This document shows positions 8,925 to 17,535 of a DNA stretch of 64,000 nucleotides, piece after piece (position 1 is the stretch's first letter; every line of letters starts with the position of its first letter). The stretch is from NCBI GenBank assembly GCA_000002435.2, contig CM018793.1. One strand, 5' to 3'. The notes under the pieces were generated by a model. That model worked only from the letters and a program-made list of their open reading frames with translations. It did not search any database and was not told the DNA's origin. The translations under genes were made by a program, and so were the position numbers. The DNA comes from Giardia intestinalis (Eukaryota).

Positions 8925-11528
8925 ATGGAAACTGAAGCCGCTCGCGAGCTCGAGCGTGTGCAGAAGGAGAACTTCACCTTGAAGCTCAGGGTGTTTTCTC
9001 TGGAGCAGGAGCTTCACCCAGACCGTTCAACCGGCAAAGAGGCAGCCTTTGCATCTGAAATCAGTACGGAGATAGAAAAGAGGGACCAACTTCTTCTCAA
9101 AGCAAAATTGTCCATACAGTCTCTTTCCTCTGAGAACGACACCCTCCGCCATCGCCTCCAGTCAGTGGAGACGCTCCTTTCAGAGACAGAGACTCAGGCT
9201 TTAGAATGGAAGCAACGAGTGTCTGCATTTGATGCAGAAAGCGTGCTAAGGGGCAAGCAGGCAGAGTCTGCGCAGAATAACTTCAAACTAGCATGCCAAC
9301 AAATAGAAGAGCAGAAGCAGAAAATCAAGCAGCAGCACTATCTCATTTTACAACTTCAGAACAAGCTGAATCCATCCACTGGGGTCCCATCTGCTCCTCA
9401 GCCAGGCGGAGCAAGCACTGCAGGCCTCACGCAAGATGAAAGCGAGTGCCTTTTAGAGGACATAGGCGTTCAGTGGCGAAGGTATGTCTCTTCATTAGAG
9501 GTAAAACACGCAGAAGAGTTAGATGCAATCAAGAAAGGACATCAGCAGCAGCTGGAGCGCTTCTTCCAGGGGAAAAATAGCGAAATAGAAACATTTCAAA
9601 AGGATTACGCACAGCTTCAGGAGACAATCTTCGGATTGAGAAATCAGAACGCTGATCTGCATCGTGTGGTAGAAGATATGAAGCTTCAGGAGGACCAGTT
9701 CCGCCAGACAGCAGAGCACTTCAAAAATGATTCTATGGAGAAGGCGGGACAAATACAGCAGCTCAAGCTCGCATTAGGAGAGGCAGAAGATATAAAGATG
9801 CATGCGCAGTCTCTGCAGGCGGCTAATTCGTCTTTGGCAGATCAAGTTTCCGACCTCACCAGTAGAATTGAAATTCTTATCAGAGAGGCGTCCGATCGTG
9901 TGGCCGAAATCTCAAATCTCCATAGTGAAAAACTAACACTGGAGACCAGGGCAAAGCAGGCAGACACGCTTGAAAAGACGTTAGAGGCCAGAAGTACAGA
10001 ACTAAGCGAGCTACGGCGCGACAATATCAAGTACCAGGAAGACAATAAGGCTCTCTTTTTAGAAGTTGAACACCTGAGGATGGTGGCCAGCTTTGTACCA
10101 GAGAAGGAGGAGACCATAAGAAAACAACTTGAAATGATTACCGAGCTGCAAAACATCAACGTCCAAAATTCCTATGAAATTAATTCTTTGAAGGATACAG
10201 TTGCCAGTCTCAGTGCAAAGGAGGTGACAATAGCAGCTCTTACCAAGCAGCTGGAAACGGCAGATGCAGAGCTAAAGAGGCGCCAGATGGACTCTGTGGA
10301 GCTGACGAATCTGCGCTCAACTAACGACCAGGTGATGCTGGAGCTCACAAAGCTCCGAGCAGATCACGCCAGCGCTGGACGAGAGCTCAGAGAAATCAGG
10401 GAGGCTCATGATACCCTCAAGGCACTGCACAGTCAAGTGACCATGGAGGCCGACACTAGATCATCGGAGCTAACCGCAGAGCTGACTGCTTATAAAGCAC
10501 AGGCTTCCCAGCTGAAGACAAGAGTTGCAGAGCTGGAGCTGCAAGGGTCTTCCTTAAAGGCAGAGCTGGACACCGCTCTGGCCCATTTAGAGAGCAGAAC
10601 AAAGGATATTGAATTCGTCAAGACTGAAAAGTGCTCCTCAGAGAGGATTCTCACGGAGTATCGAGAGAATTTGAAAAGGCAGGAGCAAGAATTTGAGGCC
10701 ATGATGACTGAGCAGAATGAACGCATAGCAACGCTTGGGAAAGAGCTTGACAGCGTTTCCATTACGTTTCGTTCTGCATGCAAGGCTGTGGAGGACATGT
10801 CCGTGAGGCTACGTGTCAGTAAGATAACAAACGTGAAAACCCTTGAAGACATTCTCAGTATTACCTCAGCCGTAATTCGGCGGCACGAAGGAGTTCTTGC
10901 GGAGCTGGATGCGTCAAATACTCGAACATATGAGATCCAGCTGAAAGCCGACCAGACCCGCAGCGAGCTGGCTAGAGTCAAGAAGGAGCTGGACTACTGT
11001 AACGGAGAGATCGAGGGAAAGGACAAACGCACACGGGAGTATCTGGCGGAGATAGATACGCTAAACAGATCGATAGAAGGCATGCGGCAAGAGGTTTCTG
11101 TTGCAGAGAAGAATCTGAAGGAGGCTCTTGACCAGCGGTCAAAGCTCAAGACATATAACAATGAATACAAAGATAAAATTGCCCGTCAGGAACTAAGAAT
11201 CACGAGTTTGCAAGAAAAGATAAAGTCCCAGGAGGTTCTAGTGGCAGAGCGAGTTAAAGAGATCGAGCTTAGCATGCAACGCCAGGTCAAGACATTTCTA
11301 GACGCCATGACCGATCACATCTCTCGAAGGGTATCTCCAGAGATTGCCTTATCAGAGATCAAGCGATTCGAGTTAATCTTTTTGTCGACAGAGGATGCAC
11401 TTAACCGGCAACACGTACGGATCGGCGAGCAGCTCAATCCTCCCGCAGATCTACTGAACGATCCCCTCTTAGGGCATAATTTAGGCCCGGGTGTCCTGAT
11501 ATCTAGTAATGTTAGACCTGTTCTGTAA
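8925..11528 (+). CDS. Coiled-coil protein, 867 aa
   Basis: ATG at 8925 after 'caaattttattag'. Heptad-rich, E/K/Q/L-rich sequence throughout. Confidence 0.6.
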   Translation: METEAARELERVQKENFTLKLRVFSLEQELHPDRSTGKEAAFASEISTEIEKRDQLLLKAKLSIQSLSSENDTLRHRLQSVETLLSETETQALEWKQRVSAFDAESVLRGKQAESAQNNFKLACQQIEEQKQKIKQQHYLILQLQNKLNPSTGVPSAPQPGGASTAGLTQDESECLLEDIGVQWRRYVSSLEVKHAEELDAIKKGHQQQLERFFQGKNSEIETFQKDYAQLQETIFGLRNQNADLHRVVEDMKLQEDQFRQTAEHFKNDSMEKAGQIQQLKLALGEAEDIKMHAQSLQAANSSLADQVSDLTSRIEILIREASDRVAEISNLHSEKLTLETRAKQADTLEKTLEARSTELSELRRDNIKYQEDNKALFLEVEHLRMVASFVPEKEETIRKQLEMITELQNINVQNSYEINSLKDTVASLSAKEVTIAALTKQLETADAELKRRQMDSVELTNLRSTNDQVMLELTKLRADHASAGRELREIREAHDTLKALHSQVTMEADTRSSELTAELTAYKAQASQLKTRVAELELQGSSLKAELDTALAHLESRTKDIEFVKTEKCSSERILTEYRENLKRQEQEFEAMMTEQNERIATLGKELDSVSITFRSACKAVEDMSVRLRVSKITNVKTLEDILSITSAVIRRHEGVLAELDASNTRTYEIQLKADQTRSELARVKKELDYCNGEIEGKDKRTREYLAEIDTLNRSIEGMRQEVSVAEKNLKEALDQRSKLKTYNNEYKDKIARQELRITSLQEKIKSQEVLVAERVKEIELSMQRQVKTFLDAMTDHISRRVSPEIALSEIKRFELIFLSTEDALNRQHVRIGEQLNPPADLLNDPLLGHNLGPGVLISSNVRPVL

Positions 11529-11535
11529 ATAGAAA

Positions 11536-13161
11536 ATGTCATGGAACAAGGCCGACCTCTCGCGAGTCAAGCAGTTTGCGCGAGATGAAGAAGATCTCCG
11601 CCGCCTTATGGAGATGACAGTCGTAGATCGAGAGGTTGAGATAGAGCGCCGCCACAACAGTCAGATTTGGGGGTCTGCCAAACCATACAGTACTACACAG
11701 CACTTCAATCCCACGCAGATAGATCTGGGGCTTGGAGATGATGACAATGTGCTGAAGGAGAGCTCAGAGTCATTTGTGGTTGAGGATGAAAATGAGGAGT
11801 CTGAACAGTTTACTAACTTCGCTACCCAGGAGCCCATTGAGCCCCAGATCACAGCAAAATGCTATCAGAATGTCATCTTGCCTGCACAGTTTCTTGTTAT
11901 GTATTCTCCGCAGTGGTTCTTTGAAGAAGTGATCCGGAAGCACGCGATGTTTCTTCTTCGGCTCAATAAGCTGGGAGCTAACGTCCTCCCCCAGTATAGC
12001 CGTAATCTTCTTATCCCTGTCCGTGTTTCTCCCGACATGTGGCAGTCTGACGCCAATTCATTCGGCGAAGTGTATCAGGAGAGCAGGGAACATATCTATG
12101 ACAGCTACTTGGCCAATCCTGAAATCTCTCGCTACTACGTAGAAATACTCTTCCCCGAAGATCTGCAGAAGGAGAAGCTTAGGGTTTCATGTGCAGATCT
12201 GGTTCAGGACGAAGAGCAGTACAATGAGAAGATAGAGGCGTCGTCTCTTTTCACGGACACAATGCTGCGGGAGCTCATGAGTGTCAACCAGTGTCCATAT
12301 AGAGCAGTTACATACCGTGAACTTGTGGAGTCTGGATTGGCAATCAAGGCAATCATGCAGGCTGTGATAGGGACTAAGCCAGAGCGGGAATACGTTTCTA
12401 AGTTGATCCAGTTTGAGAACTATATCATAAAGGCACTTAGCCCATTCCCCAATATTAAGATTAACCAGATTCACATGAGAATAGACGCCATAAATGACAG
12501 TGAAAAGCAAATTTTACTATGCCACCACGTAAAAGTAGAAGACTCAACACAAGATGAGTTGGAGGCTAGATACTCAGAGAGCAGCAGAAGGCACCTAAAG
12601 CAGCTTAGAGAGGAATTGCTTCGGTGTGAAGATGCATATAGAAAGTCTCTTACTGCAAAGAAGGAGATTAGCTATTCCCTATACAACACGTCTACTGGCA
12701 CCCAATCAAGCCTAGAGTTTATGTGTTTCAATTCCGCAGGATCATTGCAGCAGCTCTGGCAGAAAGCCTATAAGGAGCTCCTCACCAGCCATACGAAGCC
12801 GCAGTATGCAGAAAAGCTAGCTACACTCAAAGCGCATCTGAAGCTAGACAAGAGTGCGTCCGTTCAGACACAGCTGGGGAAGACCCTTCTGATGGCTGAG
12901 GCCATCGACACCTTTACACTTAATAGTGTGATTAACATCGCAGATGGCTTCTTCACTATCAAGGACCACGCGGACCTTGGCTCCTGGCCTTTATTGGGCC
13001 CCCGGTATCGGGTGGACATCTTGGGGGCCTGCACCGAAGCTTTCAAAGAAAACAGACGGAATGGAGCCTTCTACTTTTGCCATCGCTACGTCGAGGACGG
13101 CTGCACTGTTCTCAAATTCGCGAGCGAGCCGGCTCCCTGCCCGTCGTCTTCGCCCACTTGA
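11536..13161 (+). CDS. Hypothetical protein, 541 aa
   Basis: ATG at 11536 after 'taaatagaaa'. Long ORF with no recognisable domain. Confidence 0.5.
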   Translation: MSWNKADLSRVKQFARDEEDLRRLMEMTVVDREVEIERRHNSQIWGSAKPYSTTQHFNPTQIDLGLGDDDNVLKESSESFVVEDENEESEQFTNFATQEPIEPQITAKCYQNVILPAQFLVMYSPQWFFEEVIRKHAMFLLRLNKLGANVLPQYSRNLLIPVRVSPDMWQSDANSFGEVYQESREHIYDSYLANPEISRYYVEILFPEDLQKEKLRVSCADLVQDEEQYNEKIEASSLFTDTMLRELMSVNQCPYRAVTYRELVESGLAIKAIMQAVIGTKPEREYVSKLIQFENYIIKALSPFPNIKINQIHMRIDAINDSEKQILLCHHVKVEDSTQDELEARYSESSRRHLKQLREELLRCEDAYRKSLTAKKEISYSLYNTSTGTQSSLEFMCFNSAGSLQQLWQKAYKELLTSHTKPQYAEKLATLKAHLKLDKSASVQTQLGKTLLMAEAIDTFTLNSVINIADGFFTIKDHADLGSWPLLGPRYRVDILGACTEAFKENRRNGAFYFCHRYVEDGCTVLKFASEPAPCPSSSPT

Positions 13162-13232
13162 TCCGCTGTGTGATAAAAAAATAAATTGATTTTGAATTCG
13201 TATTGGCCTTTTTTGTTTCTGGCTCTGTGAAG

Positions 13233-13988
13233 ATGGGACGCAGGATCCGTGTACAGCGTAAGGGTGCGGGATCGGTCTTCCGCGCACACGTAGCACGACG
13301 CCTTGGGGCCGCGAAGCTCCGCGCCAACGATTTTGCAGAGCGCACAGGCTCTGTCCGTGGCGTCGTCAAGGCGATTCTCCACGACAGAGGCCGCGGCGCG
13401 CCCCTCGCAAGGGTTCAGTTCCCCAACATGCGTGGGGAGGGCCGCGTGAACGAGCTCTTCATCGCCCCGGAGGGTATGTACACAGGCCAAGAGGTCTTCT
13501 CTGGAAACAAGGCCACTCTGCACATCGGGAACATCCTCCCAGTGGGGAACATCCCCGAAGGTACCTACGTCTGCAACGTCGAGGAGAAGCCCATGGACCG
13601 TGGCTGTCTAGCGCGAGCATCCGGGACCTACTGCCTGGTTGTCGCACACAACATGGAGACAAACAAGACCCGCATCCGCCTTCCCTCCGGCCAGAAGAAG
13701 CTGATCTCCTCGAAGGCTCGTGCCATGATCGGCCTTGTTGCTGGCGGCGGCCGCACAGACAAGCCCCTTCTCAAGGCAGGAAACGCTTACCACAAGTACA
13801 AGGCAAAGCGAAACTGCTGGCCGGTCGTTCGTGGTGTAGCAATGAACCCTGTTGACCACCCCCATGGTGGTGGTAACCATCAGCACATTGGTGTGTCTTC
13901 CTGCGTCCCGCGCAATGCGGTCCCGGGTCAGAAGGTTGGTCTTATTGCTGCTCGCCGCACTGGTTGCTCTGGTGGTAAGCGCAGATGA
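13233..13988 (+). CDS. RPL8: 60S ribosomal protein uL2 (L8)
   Basis: [16 protein letters not shown]...[13 protein letters not shown]...[11 protein letters not shown] are canonical uL2 motifs. The real ATG is at 13233 (the track start at 13203 is TTG), preceded by AT-rich 'ttttgtttctggctctgtgaag'. Confidence 0.92.
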   Translation: MGRRIRVQRKGAGSVFRAHVARRLGAAKLRANDFAERTGSVRGVVKAILHDRGRGAPLARVQFPNMRGEGRVNELFIAPEGMYTGQEVFSGNKATLHIGNILPVGNIPEGTYVCNVEEKPMDRGCLARASGTYCLVVAHNMETNKTRIRLPSGQKKLISSKARAMIGLVAGGGRTDKPLLKAGNAYHKYKAKRNCWPVVRGVAMNPVDHPHGGGNHQHIGVSSCVPRNAVPGQKVGLIAARRTGCSGGKRR

Positions 13989-13998
13989 AGCACCTCGA

Positions 13999-14005
13999 AG
14001 TAAAC
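13999..14005 (+). promoter_or_regulatory. Giardia-type polyadenylation signal AGTAAAC (AGTRAAY) 11 nt after the uL2 stop
   Basis: Exact AGTAAAC after the TGA at 13986-13988. It lies between the uL2 stop and the AT-rich initiator of the next gene at 14039. Confidence 0.55.
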
Positions 14006-14038
14006 ACTGGAGCAAATTGTTTCTCTTATAAAAAAGCT

Positions 14039-15829
14039 ATGACGGAGACCTTTTCCCTGCGCATAATTAAGGTCGATGACCACCAAGAATGGACTGTCAG
14101 TGTCACTACGGATGCAACCATCGATATGCTGATCGGACTTGTAGCAGAGTCTACTGGCATAGAGCGGGGTCAATTTCGATTGGTTTTTAGGGGTCGGATA
14201 ATATCAAACTTACCCCCAGGGCACCTCATTAATGAGTGCGGGATTAATAGCACAAACAATTCTATCATTCTTGTCCAAAGGCGTTCTCATAATTTGGATC
14301 CTCCTGCGGAAAGACAGTCCACTCAGGCTCTGCCCCAGGCCCACGCAGCTGACGAGCAGCCCACGATTGAGGAGATAGCACCAAATGTCTATCGACTCAG
14401 GAGGCCTGTAGACGTTGCGAGTTTGAGGATGAGTGTGAGCCCAGAAATGTCGAATGTTAATCCTGTCGATATAGCACGCGATATATTGCAGGGTCTGTTC
14501 ACAGTTCAAGATGGGAGCGGGTCTCGTGTAGCCCCTCCCGCTAGTGGAACGTTTACCACAACTCTCCGCAGCAACTCTACTGAAAGGTCTGGAGATACCT
14601 CTAACCCCATGGTAGCCCTAACAACACTTCTGCATAATCTTTACTCCGACGAATCTCCCAACGATGGCACTAGTGATTCGTACAATGCAGTGATAAACAT
14701 CACCACCAACACTACCGCTCCATCCGAAGGAGCCAGCTCCTCACCGCAGCAAATAGTTTCGCCGACAGAGCATGCTACTGTTTCAGTTCTAATTCCTACA
14801 GACGCACAAAATCAACAGAGCCGTGCAACGCCGACTGACGGTGCTACCCATGGTCCTGTATTAACAGCTTTCCATGTTCCGTCCGTTCCGAATACTACAC
14901 CAATAAACGGGCGATCACTGAATGCTCCACGTCGTGGACAGTTCTCTTCCAGACCTGTTGGTTCTGCAGACCGCGCTCCATTCAGCCAAATATTCTTGGG
15001 CTCAATTCCAGGACAGGGGTCTACTTACCCTCGTGACGCACTACGTTACTCATCTAATAGCACGCAAACAGAGAGGGTCCTCTTGCCATTCGGCTCGGGT
15101 CCTGTCCGGCACGAGTGCAACTCCAATGTTTCAAGTATTACAGGCCCCCGGCCAGCCAGGAAGAACAGACAGCAAGGGAGCACAGCCATTTCGAAAGCGC
15201 GACGGTGCTTGCAACGTGCACGCGACGTCCGGTATCTGCACACAGATGAGTTACAAGCGCTGTTGAGCGATCTATCAGACATGTCTTCGACGCTTTCCAC
15301 AGATATCAACATATTTATGCAGAAATTAACGAGTCTAAATCGTCGCACGACACCTAGTGTCAATCATTCACACGAAGTAAAGAGAGGCAGAAGCGGACTG
15401 TCTACTTCCACAACATCGGCAGTGGTCGTTGGCGGACATCCAGTGACTCAGTCGTTGGTTATCCCGCTGCATGGACACGATCAGCTCCGTGGAAGTACTA
15501 CAAATTACTTTCACGAGAGCATACGCAAGCGAATCCTCAACCTTATGGGCATGTTGATCCACATCAATGCTGCCATTCCTCATTGTATCGATGCCCTCCG
15601 TAACTCTCTTTCCAACAGCATGCTTCAGATAGCAGCCCACAGGTCAGGCATCAGCAGCGACAGCCCCATAACGGAGTTTGGCAACAATGAACTCTTCAAC
15701 GAATTTATTTACAGGATTACGACAAACGAATTCGAAGAAAGGAATCTGCCCTCCACTGATGGCGATAGCGACGATAGCTCGTATGACTGGGATGACAAGT
15801 CATGCACGGCTTCGTTTCTGACAGAATGA
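14039..15829 (+). CDS. Ubiquitin-like (UBL) domain protein with S/T/P-rich linker, ~597 aa
   Basis: The N-terminus MTETFSLRIIKVDD...TIDMLIGLVAESTGIERGQFRLVFRGRIISNL fits a beta-grasp ubiquitin-like fold. The ATG at 14039 is preceded by 'cttataaaaaagct'. An alternative ATG at 13985 overlaps the uL2 stop and is less likely. Confidence 0.55.
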   Translation: MTETFSLRIIKVDDHQEWTVSVTTDATIDMLIGLVAESTGIERGQFRLVFRGRIISNLPPGHLINECGINSTNNSIILVQRRSHNLDPPAERQSTQALPQAHAADEQPTIEEIAPNVYRLRRPVDVASLRMSVSPEMSNVNPVDIARDILQGLFTVQDGSGSRVAPPASGTFTTTLRSNSTERSGDTSNPMVALTTLLHNLYSDESPNDGTSDSYNAVINITTNTTAPSEGASSSPQQIVSPTEHATVSVLIPTDAQNQQSRATPTDGATHGPVLTAFHVPSVPNTTPINGRSLNAPRRGQFSSRPVGSADRAPFSQIFLGSIPGQGSTYPRDALRYSSNSTQTERVLLPFGSGPVRHECNSNVSSITGPRPARKNRQQGSTAISKARRCLQRARDVRYLHTDELQALLSDLSDMSSTLSTDINIFMQKLTSLNRRTTPSVNHSHEVKRGRSGLSTSTTSAVVVGGHPVTQSLVIPLHGHDQLRGSTTNYFHESIRKRILNLMGMLIHINAAIPHCIDALRNSLSNSMLQIAAHRSGISSDSPITEFGNNELFNEFIYRITTNEFEERNLPSTDGDSDDSSYDWDDKSCTASFLTE

Positions 15830-15862
15830 GGTCTTAAAAGTTCTAGTAAATTATAGCTGGCG

Positions 15863-16825
15863 ATGAATTCTGCTGCGAAGCTGGATCGGCAGCTGTCCCA
15901 GATCCTCGAGCAGGTGCGGATACGGGCAGGGTCGCTGAGCACTGGGAGCCGTATAATCATAGAAAAGTGGGTTCTGAAGCTAATGGAGCAGCAGAGCCAT
16001 CTGGAATGGAAGAAGAATCGCAACCTCTACGGGGTCTATCTCCTCGACATGCTCATGAAGCGAACGCTTGACGATCCGTTTAATAAACGTCCACCAGACA
16101 CAGCGCTTCCAACTCTTCCGTCACACATAAAGCAGTATTACGGACGCATGACAAGCGAGATTTTGACGCGCAGCATAGACGAAACAGGCCTAGATCATGC
16201 TGTAGGGAAGTCAGGAATGGGAAAGTCTGTTTTGCGAGCCTCTTCTACATCTAGCGTTGGTAAGCTCGGGTTTAAGAATTCAGCCGTTAACAACACTCCC
16301 GCGTCTAACGACAGCAGGCTGCGCTCCTTATCTAATGCATCTAAGGTGCTTACTTCTGCTACAGCCATATACACACCTCATTCTAGTAACCACCCGTCCG
16401 CTCCCAATCTCAATGCCGACTTTGGGCTATCAAAGCCTTCTGCACCGTCTACTGCTTCTTTAACTGACAACTATCCTCCCGACCCTGTCGGGGCATTGCT
16501 AAGGCGGATTTATAACCCTGCGCCGGTACATGCCGAGGGCATCCATCATGAAAACAATGAGTATCAGCAACACTCAGCAATGCAAGGTGCCCCTTTGCTG
16601 TCTTCTCTAGACACGCTAGCCACTGCACCACATTCAGACCAGGTAGAGCATCAACTTACTGCTTCAAAACTTCGAATCCAGGAGCTAGAGAGCGAGATTC
16701 TGAACTATAAGAATGAAATAACGTCCCTTAAGCGTGTTATAGAGGCACTCAAGGCAGAGGATTTTGCACTAGAGAAAACGGCCAGACAAATCCACGCTGA
16801 AGCTTTATCAATCGTATCTATGTAA
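15863..16825 (+). CDS. Hypothetical protein with C-terminal coiled coil, 320 aa
   Basis: ATG at 15863. ORF with heptad region (LTASKLRIQELESEILNYKNEITSLKRVIEALKAE). Confidence 0.45.
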   Translation: MNSAAKLDRQLSQILEQVRIRAGSLSTGSRIIIEKWVLKLMEQQSHLEWKKNRNLYGVYLLDMLMKRTLDDPFNKRPPDTALPTLPSHIKQYYGRMTSEILTRSIDETGLDHAVGKSGMGKSVLRASSTSSVGKLGFKNSAVNNTPASNDSRLRSLSNASKVLTSATAIYTPHSSNHPSAPNLNADFGLSKPSAPSTASLTDNYPPDPVGALLRRIYNPAPVHAEGIHHENNEYQQHSAMQGAPLLSSLDTLATAPHSDQVEHQLTASKLRIQELESEILNYKNEITSLKRVIEALKAEDFALEKTARQIHAEALSIVSM

Positions 16826-16863
16826 ATTATTTTGCCACATATACTACGCCAATCTCGTGTTCG

Positions 16864-17080
16864 CTTCGGGCTCTACGTGGAGACGCGGGGCGCGCGGGTC
16901 GAGGCCTACGGGGCGGGCGCGGCCGGGACGCGGCTGCTCGGGGCGGCAGAGGTCCGGCTCGGGGGCCTGCTCGACGGGCGGGAGGTGCAGGCGGAGGCCC
17001 CGCTGGTCTGGGCAGGCGCAGAGATCGGGCGCGTGGCGGCGCGGATCGCGGCGGAGCAGGCGCTCCGAGTCCAGAAGTAA
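16864..17080 (+). other. Orphan duplicated fragment: 3' terminal 217 bp (about 70 codons plus stop) of the coiled-coil gene at 23809..25800
   Basis: It encodes GLYVETRGARVEAYGAGAAG...RIAAEQALRVQK*, identical to the C-terminus of the minus-strand gene in the right arm. It is very GC-rich with GC3 near 100%. Confidence 0.8.
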
Positions 17081-17135
17081 ACAGCACAACCTGCAAACAC
17101 AGAAGCGCTTGTACTGTATGTGTTGGCGCTCCCGC

Positions 17136-17206
17136 GCATCAATGGTTTAGGGGTAGAATGCTTGCTTGCCAAGCAAGAGAGCCGGGTCCGAGTCCCGGTT
17201 GATGCA
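17136..17206 (+). tRNA. tRNA-Gly (anticodon GCC), 71 nt
   Basis: Cloverleaf by eye: acceptor GCATCAA/TTGATGC, anticodon stem CTTGC/GCAAG with loop TTGCCAA, T stem CCGGG/CCCGG, discriminator A, and TTTT immediately downstream. It resembles canonical eukaryotic tRNA-Gly-GCC. The T loop reads TCCGAGT, i.e. C at position 55. Confidence 0.75.
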
Positions 17207-17535
17207 CTTTTCGCCCGGCCCGAGAAAACGGCCATCATATCATTACAGGGAGCGGGCTCAGGTGCATCGGCCCACACTGCGCCGAGACCTCATGAGGACC
17301 TCCCGCCTACTGTGCGTACAGTTACCTAAACGCATCTGTAATGGCTAAAGCACGCGGCGAGTAAGCGACCAGTTGAGAGAGCAAAGGTAGCTACCTCAGC
17401 AGGCCAGAGCAAGCAAGTAGGCAGTAGATGTGTTCACTACCGAGCTCCCTCCTGGGGCAGCCCTCGGAGTGGGAGTCTCAGAGAGGAGGCCGCCGGGCAC
17501 CCCCACCCGCTGCACGCAATCCGGTCCACACCACA

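Noticed and set aside
12991-13523. Minus-strand ORFs overlapping the 3' end of gene 11536..13161 and the 5' end of uL2
   Set aside because: uL2 homology fixes the coding strand. The overlapping ORFs are GC-rich shadows.
13985-14038. ATG at 13985 as the start of the UBL-domain gene, giving an ATGA overlap with the uL2 stop
   Set aside because: The AGTAAAC poly(A) signal of uL2 would lie inside the CDS. The ubiquitin-like fold and the strong AT-rich initiator both begin at 14039. Kept as an alternative only.
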